DNA of 64,000 nt from Planctomycetota bacterium (lineage in GTDB: Bacteria > Planctomycetota > UBA8108 > SXIK01). Made by a program: the position numbers and the translations under genes. This document shows, piece by piece, positions 56,551-64,000 of this stretch; position 1 is the stretch's first letter, and every line of letters begins with the position of its first letter. The notes under the pieces are model-generated. The model ran no database searches. It worked only from the letters and a program-made list of their open reading frames with translations, and was not told the DNA's origin. The stretch covers positions 3,712,001 to 3,776,000 of the forward strand of contig OZ244999.1 of NCBI GenBank assembly GCA_965223265.1. The letters run 5' to 3'.

Positions 56551-57759
56551 ATGAAAACGATCGAACTTCCCCCATCGCTCACACCGGTTCTCTGGGACAC
56601 TCTCGAATTCGCTGCGTCGCAACTCGAGCGCAGTGCTGCGGCGTGGCCTCCCGACAGGCCAGCCCCGATCCATACACGCGATGGCAAATGGTACCGAGCC
56701 AAGGACCTCTGGACCGATTGGACACCAGGCTTCTTCGCCGGACAGATGTGGATCATCGCTAAGCTACTCGAAAGCGCCGCTTGGCAGTCGCGAGCGATCG
56801 CCTACACCGAAAAGCTCCACCATCGCTGTTACGACCGCGACGTACACGATCTCGGCTTCGTGTTTTTGTCTTCGTACGGCCGTTGGCGTGACCGCTTGTC
56901 CAGCGGCGATCCACAGCGTCGACTGATCGAAGAAATCATGATCACCGCGGCCACCGTGCAGTCGTTTCGCTGGAACGGCATGACCGAGAGGCAAGGATTC
57001 ATTTACTCATTCAACGGTCCGCAGTCGCTCTTCATCGACATCATGATGAACGTTCGGCTGCTTTTCTGGGCATCGCGGCACGGCGCTCCCTCAGAGGTTC
57101 TTCAGCGTGCCACCGAGCATTCGAAGACGTCGGCTCACTACCTCGTCAGGCGAGATGGACCGCGGCTCGGGGACGAGGACGGTCGAACGGCCCACGAAGC
57201 GATCTTTAACACCGACGCGGGACGAGGGGAGTTCCGCTGTCTGTCAACGCAACAAGGCTACTCGCCTTTCACGTGTTGGTCGCGCGGCCTCGCCTGGGCG
57301 ATGTACGGTTTCTCTGAGGCCTATCGCTACACGGGTGAAAGAGAGTTCCTCGAAACGGCGCAGCGCTGCGCGACGTTCTATTTGAAACACACACCGCAGC
57401 ACGGTGTACCGTACTGGGACTACGGTGCTCCAGACATTCCGAATGAGCCCTACGATAGTTCCGCAGCGGCCGTCATCGGCTGCGCGCTCCTGTTGCTCGC
57501 AGACCATGTCGACGGCGATCAAAGCCGCGGGTACGTCGAAGCGGCACTACGCGTCGCGGAGACTCTGACAAGCGGTGAGTTCCTCGCCAAGGAAAAATCG
57601 CGCGAAGAAGGCATCTTGCTGCAGGGCGTCTACCACCGACCGAACGACTGGGGCGTGAACGCCTCAGTGATGTGGGGGGAGTACTTTTTCCTCGAATTCG
57701 TCGAGAGACTCCTGATCCTCGGCGGAGAGGCGGCCGCCGATCTCCCAGGAATCGACTGA
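56551..57759 (+). CDS. GH88 unsaturated glucuronyl hydrolase family
   Basis: WTPGFFAG, HDLGF, IDIMMN, WSRGLAWAMYGF, YWDY, DSSAAA, WGEYFFLE; start ATG 56551. Confidence 0.88.
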   Translation: MKTIELPPSLTPVLWDTLEFAASQLERSAAAWPPDRPAPIHTRDGKWYRAKDLWTDWTPGFFAGQMWIIAKLLESAAWQSRAIAYTEKLHHRCYDRDVHDLGFVFLSSYGRWRDRLSSGDPQRRLIEEIMITAATVQSFRWNGMTERQGFIYSFNGPQSLFIDIMMNVRLLFWASRHGAPSEVLQRATEHSKTSAHYLVRRDGPRLGDEDGRTAHEAIFNTDAGRGEFRCLSTQQGYSPFTCWSRGLAWAMYGFSEAYRYTGEREFLETAQRCATFYLKHTPQHGVPYWDYGAPDIPNEPYDSSAAAVIGCALLLLADHVDGDQSRGYVEAALRVAETLTSGEFLAKEKSREEGILLQGVYHRPNDWGVNASVMWGEYFFLEFVERLLILGGEAAADLPGID

Positions 57760-57774
57760 GCGACGACAAGCGTT

Positions 57775-58353
57775 ATGAAACAATGGCTGAGTTTTGCTCG
57801 ACGGTTCGCCTCCCGGCCGCGAACCGTGGGCGCCATCGCGCCGAGCTCGCGCTTCCTCGCTCGCGCCATGCTTGAAGATGCGGGCGTCAGCCAAGCGAAC
57901 TGCGTCGCAGAGTTGGGACCGGGAACCGGAGCTTTCACTGCTGAGATTCTGCCACGACTCGGCGAGCAGACGACGTTCTTCGCCCTCGAGATCGACCCGG
58001 AGTTTGCAGGCGCTCTACGGGACAAATTCCCTCGACTGACGGTTTACAACGCGTCCGCGGAGAGATTGCCCGACTATGCGGCGCAGCACGGACACGATCA
58101 TGTCGACACCGTGCTCTCCGGGCTTCCCTGGGCGAGCCTGCCGCTCGAGGTTCAGGACGGGGTCCTCGAGGCCATCACCAACACACTACGACCAGGCGGA
58201 CATTTCGCTACCTTCGCCTACATTCACGCCAAGAATCTCCCGAACGCGCGGATCTTTCGCGACCGACTGCGATCTCACTTTTCGAAACTCGAGGTGAGTC
58301 CGGTCGTCTGGCGCAATCTGCCGCCGGCCTTTGTTTATCGGTGCAAGAAGTGA
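57775..58353 (+). CDS. Phospholipid/ornithine-lipid N-methyltransferase (PmtA/OlsG-like)
   Basis: GAIAPSSRFLA, ELGPGTGAFT, VLSGLPW, WRNLPPAFVY. Confidence 0.8.
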   Translation: MKQWLSFARRFASRPRTVGAIAPSSRFLARAMLEDAGVSQANCVAELGPGTGAFTAEILPRLGEQTTFFALEIDPEFAGALRDKFPRLTVYNASAERLPDYAAQHGHDHVDTVLSGLPWASLPLEVQDGVLEAITNTLRPGGHFATFAYIHAKNLPNARIFRDRLRSHFSKLEVSPVVWRNLPPAFVYRCKK

Positions 58354-58472
58354 ACATGAGAAGTTTTCGGAACGTCTACTCCGCAGTGAACACCCGCTAC
58401 CCCAGCTCGAGTTCCGAGAAGATGGGTTATGATGACAAAATGGGGCTACGAACCAAGAGTGTGAAGAACGAG

Positions 58473-59492
58473 ATGCAGGAGCGCAGGACATTACCGGAAG
58501 CCAGATGTTTATCGGGCCATGGAGGCGCAAACAGATGGAGACGCTGCTTGGGTTTCGCTGCAGCGGCGACACTGAGCTTCGGCGTGGGGTGCACGTCGGC
58601 ACCGGAGAATCAAGTCAGCAAAGAAGCGCGCCTCGATCATGGCCTGGAACTCATGATGGCAGGAGACTATCCGCGTGCCGTGGAGACATTCAACGAAGCG
58701 CTTGAGCTCGATCCCGAGCTGACCCGAGCCTGGGTCCACCGCAGCGAGGCCGAACTTCGCCTACGTCTTCCAGCCGCGGCTCTGGAGTCCGCTCGGCGCG
58801 GCATCCGGATCGACCCTGCCTATACTCAGGCTTGGATCCACCAGGGCGCGGCGCTGCTGGCTCTCGGACGCTCGAAAGACGCTCTCGTGTCGTATCAAAA
58901 AGCAGCCGAGCTCGAGCCAACACTGAGCGCGGGCCACTTCGGGCAAGGCAAAGCGCTCGAAGCTCTCGATCGCTACGCCGACGCCGTCATCGCATACGAC
59001 AAAGCAACGGAGCTGGACGAAGAGGACGCAGCGATCTGGTTTCGCAAGGGCGTCGCGGAACTCACGATCCGCTCCAACGCGGCGGCCCTCGCCAGCTTCA
59101 ACCGCGCCATCACGCTCGACCCGGGCAACCTGCGCGCCTGGTTCAACCGTGGACTCGTGCTTGCGCGACTGAAATTGCCGGAGGACGCTCTCGAGGCGTA
59201 CGAGCATGTCCTTGACCAGGATTCGAGTCACGGCGGCGCCTGGGTCGGCAAGGGGACCGCACTCAACCAGGCGGGCAAGTACGACGAAGCGCTCCTCGCC
59301 TACGATCGCGCGCTCAAGCTGAATCCAAACGACGCTGCAGCCTGGTACAACCGAGGTGTGGCGCTCTTTCATCTGAATCGCTTCGAGGAGCAGCGCCAAG
59401 CGTTCGAGCGCGCGGCAGAGCTCGGCAGCGCGCCGGCGCGCGCGCGGCTCAAAAAGCTTGACTCGCCGGAGGCGGCGCCGTCGAAGAGCTGA
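58473..59492 (+). CDS. TPR-repeat protein, probable lipoprotein (start uncertain)
   Basis: Lipobox-like FGVGC; serial TPRs (AWxxRG..L..LG..A...Y.KA..LDP). Confidence 0.8.
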   Translation: MQERRTLPEARCLSGHGGANRWRRCLGFAAAATLSFGVGCTSAPENQVSKEARLDHGLELMMAGDYPRAVETFNEALELDPELTRAWVHRSEAELRLRLPAAALESARRGIRIDPAYTQAWIHQGAALLALGRSKDALVSYQKAAELEPTLSAGHFGQGKALEALDRYADAVIAYDKATELDEEDAAIWFRKGVAELTIRSNAAALASFNRAITLDPGNLRAWFNRGLVLARLKLPEDALEAYEHVLDQDSSHGGAWVGKGTALNQAGKYDEALLAYDRALKLNPNDAAAWYNRGVALFHLNRFEEQRQAFERAAELGSAPARARLKKLDSPEAAPSKS

Positions 59493-59759
59493 GCGGATCG
59501 ACGCTCTTCGCGACTGTTCGCGCCCGGACTTCCCACCAAAACGCGGAAGTCCTTTAGGCGTCACCAGTCGCCGCCTTTGACGCACTGAGCCGGAGCGTGT
59601 CGATGTCAACCTGAGGCTTCGCTACAATCCAAGGCACCGGAGAAGCTTTCAGGCGGGAGTCCTGATCAAGAGCATCGAACTCTCTACAGTCCGCGCATCG
59701 CGTCACAAGTGAGCCGCACACGTTCACCGTGTCCTTTCTCAACATCCGAGGAAGCCATC

Positions 59760-60347
59760 ATGAATGCGACCGTAGCGTCCACGGTGCCGAGCTTTGTCAG
59801 GCGATGGCGGCTTCCGAGCAGTTTCCTGGTTGAGGTCACGAACCGGTTGACAGGTTACACCACCCTGTTGTTGCTGACGGCCAGCCTGTGTGCTGGCTGC
59901 GCCTATATTCCACGAGGAACCACGGAGGAAGTCATCATGCCGGGTCACGATGAAGAAGACAGCGTGAGGCGATGGTTCGAGGAGTGGACCGTGGCGACTG
60001 ATAGTGGCGACCTTGCTCGCGCGCATAGCCTCGTCGCCGATGACGCGGTTTTCTTGGTTCCAGGTTTTGGTCGTATGGACCCAAAAGACTTCATCGAGGG
60101 AGCATCCAGTTCGCCAGAAAAGCTTGAGCAGTACGAATTCAGCGGTGGTGCAGAAGTTGAGGAGATTCGTGTCTCTGGTTCGCTTGCCTACATATTGACC
60201 AAATCCGATTTCGCGATCACCGACAAGGCAAGCGGTGAAGAGACGAAATACAGCGGCCACTCCCTCTCGGTGCTCGAAAAAGGGCCAAGCGGAACTTGGC
60301 TGCTCATTCGAGACGCGAACACGGTGCTGCCGCTGGGCCAAGAGTGA
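59760..60347 (+). CDS. SnoaL/NTF2-like (DUF4440/YybH) protein; alternative start 59937
   Basis: GDLARAHSLVADDAVFLVPG..EEIRVSGSLAY..LSVLEK..GTWLLIRDAN. Confidence 0.75.
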   Translation: MNATVASTVPSFVRRWRLPSSFLVEVTNRLTGYTTLLLLTASLCAGCAYIPRGTTEEVIMPGHDEEDSVRRWFEEWTVATDSGDLARAHSLVADDAVFLVPGFGRMDPKDFIEGASSSPEKLEQYEFSGGAEVEEIRVSGSLAYILTKSDFAITDKASGEETKYSGHSLSVLEKGPSGTWLLIRDANTVLPLGQE

Positions 60348-60562
60348 TCCGCGCTCCTGGACAGCCAGGAGCCAACGCATGAATGCGAGCTTCCACGAAA
60401 CGGTGCTCAGAAGACCTGGTCTCGATCGTCGGAAGAGTGGATCGCGGAGCAGCTCGATCCCCCGGCGTGCGTGCGAGAAGTGAAGTTTGCTGCCATAATG
60501 TGACTGCTGGATCGTTCACCGATCGATCGTACTCACTCCGGAAAGAGTTTGAAAGGTCTCGC

Positions 60563-61882
60563 ATGCGCCCTCACTTCACGTTCATCCCGCTTTTCATCGC
60601 AGCGGTGCTGACGTCACCATCCCCGTGCGCTGATTGGCCGCAATTCCGCGGCCCAGGCGGTCAGGGGCACTCCGACGCCAAGGACTTGCCGACGTCGTGG
60701 AGCGAGACGAAAAACATCGTCTGGAAAGTACCGATCCCCGGCAGCGGGCATTCGTCGCCCGTGATTGCCGATGACCAGATCTGGCTGACGACGGCGACCG
60801 CTGACGGCAAAGTGATGCACGCTCTTTGCGTGGCGTTCGACGACGGTGCGCTGCGGCATGACGTCAAGCTGTTTGAGGTCGACGCTGCGCCGAAGGCTCA
60901 TGGCAAAAACAGCCACGCCACCCCGACTCCCGTGGTCGACGGTGATCACGTCTACGTTCACTTTGGCGCCACCGGCACGGCGAGCCTGGCGCGAAAGAGC
61001 GGCGATGTCGTCTGGAAGGTCAACGATCTCACGTACAAGCAGCCCTATGCCGCGGCGAGCTCGCCGATGGTCTATGGCGACTTTCTCATTCTCAACTGCG
61101 ACGGCACCGACGCGCAGTTCGTCGTCGCGCTCGAGAAAGCGACCGGCGACGTGGCGTGGAAAACACCGCGCGCTCACCTCGAGGCGCTCCGAGCCGACCC
61201 TGACCAGCGTTTCCCCGATGGGTTCACGCTCATGGCGTACGCGACGCCGCTCGTGATCGACGTCGCTGGAGTACCGCAACTGATCAGCCCGGCAGCGGAG
61301 CACGTCGCGGCATATGATGCACGCACGGGAGAGGAGATTTGGTGGCTCGGCTACAGCGGCTTCTCTGAAGTCGCGCGGCCGGTGTACGCGCATGGAACCT
61401 TGATTATTCTCGGCTTCGAGGAAGTCAGTCAACGCACACTTTTCGCCGTACGTCCGGGTGGACGCGGCGACGTCGGTTCTTCGCACCTGGCGTGGAAGCG
61501 ACGCAAGAGCGTGCCGCACGTACCGTCTCCGCTCGTTGTGGGGGACGAGCTTTACCTGATCGGCGACGGTGGGGTCGCGACGTGTCTCGACGTGCGCACA
61601 GGTGACGAGCACTGGCAAGCACGGATCGGCGGCAACTTCTCAGCTTCGCCGGTCTATGCCGATGGCAAGATCTATCTCTGCAGCGAAGAAGGCAAGACGT
61701 CCGTTCTCACGCCAGGAAAGACGCACAGGACGCTGGCGGTGAACGAGCTCGAAGGCCGCCTAATGGCGTCGCCGGCGGTGGTGGGGGGTTCGCTCATCCT
61801 TCGCACGGAGACTCACCTCTACCGGATCGAAAAACGACTCTCTACGTCCGTACCTCGCGAGGAAAAAACGCCGGGATCATGA
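60563..61882 (+). CDS. Secreted PQQ-like/BamB-type beta-propeller protein
   Basis: Signal peptide, ADWPQFRGPGGQG, GHSSPVI, NSHATPTPV, FSASPV, MASPAV. Confidence 0.85.
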   Translation: MRPHFTFIPLFIAAVLTSPSPCADWPQFRGPGGQGHSDAKDLPTSWSETKNIVWKVPIPGSGHSSPVIADDQIWLTTATADGKVMHALCVAFDDGALRHDVKLFEVDAAPKAHGKNSHATPTPVVDGDHVYVHFGATGTASLARKSGDVVWKVNDLTYKQPYAAASSPMVYGDFLILNCDGTDAQFVVALEKATGDVAWKTPRAHLEALRADPDQRFPDGFTLMAYATPLVIDVAGVPQLISPAAEHVAAYDARTGEEIWWLGYSGFSEVARPVYAHGTLIILGFEEVSQRTLFAVRPGGRGDVGSSHLAWKRRKSVPHVPSPLVVGDELYLIGDGGVATCLDVRTGDEHWQARIGGNFSASPVYADGKIYLCSEEGKTSVLTPGKTHRTLAVNELEGRLMASPAVVGGSLILRTETHLYRIEKRLSTSVPREEKTPGS

Positions 61883-62490
61883 GCTTCGAGAACTGGCTCA
61901 CGTTCTGCGCGATCGAGACACTGCTGTGCTTCACTCCAGGACCTGCGGTTTTGGTCGTGGTGTCAGTGACGATCGCCCGCGGGGCTGGTCCTGGTGTCTC
62001 AGCGGCGATGGGTGTTCTTGCCGCCAACACGCTCTACTTCGCGATCTCCGCTCTGGGTGTGGTTGGAGTGCTTCTTGCCTCGTCACAGTTTTTCGCCGTC
62101 CTTAAGTGCGTTGGCGCAGCGTACCTCGTGGTCGTCGGACTGCGAATGCTCCTCTCACAACACCACCCCACGCTTGAGAACGGGGACGACGGTCTGCGAG
62201 GGCCGTTCTTGCGTGGTCTTGTGGTGCAGGGAGCGAACCCGAAAGCCCTCATGTTCTTTGTGGCGATTCTCCCGCAGTTCGTCAATCCCGCTGAGCCGGT
62301 CGCGCAGCAGATCCTCATTCTTGGCGCAAGTTCAGTCGTGATCGAATTCGTCGCCTTGAACGTCTTCGCACTCGCGGCGGCGAGCACTCGAAAGCTGGTC
62401 GGCGAAAGGCTATCGAGTTCGCTGCAGCGACTCGGGGGCGGCCTCCTCGTCGCTGCGGGGGTACGACTCGCCTTTGACAGGTCCAACTAG
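61879..62490 (+). CDS. LysE/RhtB-family efflux protein
   Basis: TPGPAV, GAAYL, FLRGLVVQGANPKA..FFVAILPQF. Confidence 0.9.
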   Translation: MSFENWLTFCAIETLLCFTPGPAVLVVVSVTIARGAGPGVSAAMGVLAANTLYFAISALGVVGVLLASSQFFAVLKCVGAAYLVVVGLRMLLSQHHPTLENGDDGLRGPFLRGLVVQGANPKALMFFVAILPQFVNPAEPVAQQILILGASSVVIEFVALNVFALAAASTRKLVGERLSSSLQRLGGGLLVAAGVRLAFDRSN

Positions 62491-62584
62491 GCGTTGGCCG
62501 ACTCAAAGCCAGTCGCGACACGGCGGAGCATCCATGCCCCGATAGGTCGACAGGGTTCGCCTTGCCGTATGGATTCGCCAAGGG

Positions 62585-63427
62585 TCATTCCCGCCGACGC
62601 CACCAACCGATGCTCCAGGGCACCACTAGGAGCAGTCCGAGCGCCGCGACGGTCAATTGCCCTGGCGGGTAACCAAAGCGGTCAGCGATCACAAAACTCA
62701 CCGCAGTGGCAGCAACGGCTACCACGGGTGCGACGATGAGCATGGGACGAATCTCGCGCAGAACGTTCTTGGCGACGAGGGCAGGAAGGACCAGGCAACC
62801 GAAGGTAAAGAGGAGGCCCGAGGAGCTAATCGCCAGGCCGACGGAGACTCCCAACCAAGCTGCGGTCACGAGTGACCAAATCGAAGAACGCATCCCGACA
62901 GCCGTCGCCATCGCCGGGTCGATTGTGAAAAGAACCAAACGGTTTCGACACCAAAAGACGACCGCGGTAGTTCCAAAGGCGAGGACACCGAAGAGCCACA
63001 CTTCAGTGCGCTGAGCCACGACGATGCTTGAGAAGAGGAGGTTATGGACCTCCTCCTGCCCGTGAGGACTGCCCGTAACGATGAGGATCGCCAGACTCCC
63101 AGCGACCAGAAAAACCCAGCCGGTCACCGCCTCGTGACTCTCCCGGCTACCGACGCCTGATGTTATGAGCGCTGCCATGACGGAAAAAACCACTGCGACG
63201 GCGGTGGAGAATTGAGCCGAGCGCAGCCACGACTCCTCGCCAACGACTATGCCAAGCGCTAACACGATTGCAATTCCGAGCGTTGAAGCTTGAGAGACAG
63301 CGGCGCCAAGAAAGATTTGGTCACGAGCGACGACCAAGACGCCGACCTGGGCGAGCAGCCATGCAACGAAACATCCCGTGAGAAAGCTATCTGCGAAGAG
63401 CTCCCAGTAGAGAAGGAGGTGCTCCAT
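62585..63427 (-). CDS. Metal (Zn/Mn) ABC transporter permease
   Basis: FLGAAVSQASTLG, EAVTGWVF, LLFSSI, DPAMA, LVLPA; multiple TM helices. Confidence 0.85.
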   Translation of the reverse strand: MEHLLLYWELFADSFLTGCFVAWLLAQVGVLVVARDQIFLGAAVSQASTLGIAIVLALGIVVGEESWLRSAQFSTAVAVVFSVMAALITSGVGSRESHEAVTGWVFLVAGSLAILIVTGSPHGQEEVHNLLFSSIVVAQRTEVWLFGVLAFGTTAVVFWCRNRLVLFTIDPAMATAVGMRSSIWSLVTAAWLGVSVGLAISSSGLLFTFGCLVLPALVAKNVLREIRPMLIVAPVVAVAATAVSFVIADRFGYPPGQLTVAALGLLLVVPWSIGWWRRRE

Positions 63428-63999
63428 CAAGAGGTTTCCCCCTTCGTCTTGACTTCCACACTATGGCGGCCACGGTCGGAACTTACCGAAAAGGGAACTC
63501 CGTACGCACGTTCAAGATGGTCCGAGCGGAGCGTTGTCGCCGCGTCGCCGCAGAGGACTCGCCCGTCGCCGCAAAGCGCGAACCGGGTGCAGTGGCGCAG
63601 GGCAAGCGTCAGTTCGTGGGTGACGAAAACGATCGTGGGGCGCTCCTGCGAATGATGAAGCTCAACGAGGCACTGGAGAAGGTCTTCTGTAGCACGCACG
63701 TCGAGGCTAGCCGTAGGTTCGTCAAGCAGAAGTAGAACAGGACGCCGCACGAGCGCGCGCGCGACGAGCACGCGCTGGCGTTGCCCTCCGGAGAGTGACC
63801 AGTAGTCTCTCCCTTCGCAGCCCGAAAGTCCTGCACGACTGAGTGCCCATTCGAGACGTTCCCGACGATCATGACGGTCTACGCTGATTCCGACCAAACC
63901 GAGGCTGACGAATTCACGGACAGTCGTTGGCAGCGTTCTCTTTATTTCACAACGTTGAGGCACGAATCCGATGCGCCGGCGCCCGTCGAGATCGTGCGA
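63427..63999 (-). CDS. Metal ABC transporter ATP-binding protein (5'-partial)
   Basis: IGFVPQR, LSGGQRQRVLVARAL, LLDEPT, VTHE; frame open to the window edge. Confidence 0.88.
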   Translation of the reverse strand, partial: SHDLDGRRRIGFVPQRCEIKRTLPTTVREFVSLGLVGISVDRHDRRERLEWALSRAGLSGCEGRDYWSLSGGQRQRVLVARALVRRPVLLLLDEPTASLDVRATEDLLQCLVELHHSQERPTIVFVTHELTLALRHCTRFALCGDGRVLCGDAATTLRSDHLERAYGVPFSVSSDRGRHSVEVKTKGETS

Positions 64000-64000
64000 C

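Overview
GC-rich bacterial DNA, probably Planctomycetota or a relative (inferred from several secreted 'WPxxRGP'-type PQQ/BamB-like beta-propeller genes and an OlsG/PmtA-like methyltransferase). I found no rRNA, tRNA, CRISPR array, transposase or recombinase. All family calls come from reading motifs by eye, not from database searches. Layout: rarA-fadN-fadA (1-5.6 kb). Cluster A (5.9-22.2 kb) holds a PaaK-like CoA ligase, three beta-propellers, an EhpF-like adenylation protein, Fe-ADH, GT4, SDR, thioesterase and a LolD/FtsX-type ABC exporter. An accessory patch (22-32 kb) follows. Cluster B (32.2-45.1 kb) is divergent: squalene-hopene-cyclase-like enzyme, prenyltransferase-barrel protein, DUF116-polyprenyl synthase fusion, ferredoxin, HdrA-N-like Fe-S protein, CobW GTPase, orphan GcvH-like carrier and IscS on the minus strand; HemN-like radical SAM, chorismate-lyase-like protein and flavin halogenase-like protein on the plus strand. 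Then vapBC, an AT-richer two-gene island, and housekeeping/carbohydrate genes. Three observations stand out. (1) A 2.7-kb inversion (22989-25697, TCTC/GAGA junctions) cuts two genes; flipping it back restores a 356-aa Tim44-like protein and a 122-aa VOC protein in frame. (2) A RiPP-like locus has a 48-aa precursor (YxxPxL motif, ending GDFWCD), an RRE/PqqD protein and a decayed radical SAM. (3) Clusters A and B look like an uncharacterised prenyl-aromatic (meroterpenoid-like) pathway with an Fe-S/sulfur/lipoyl-carrier module.
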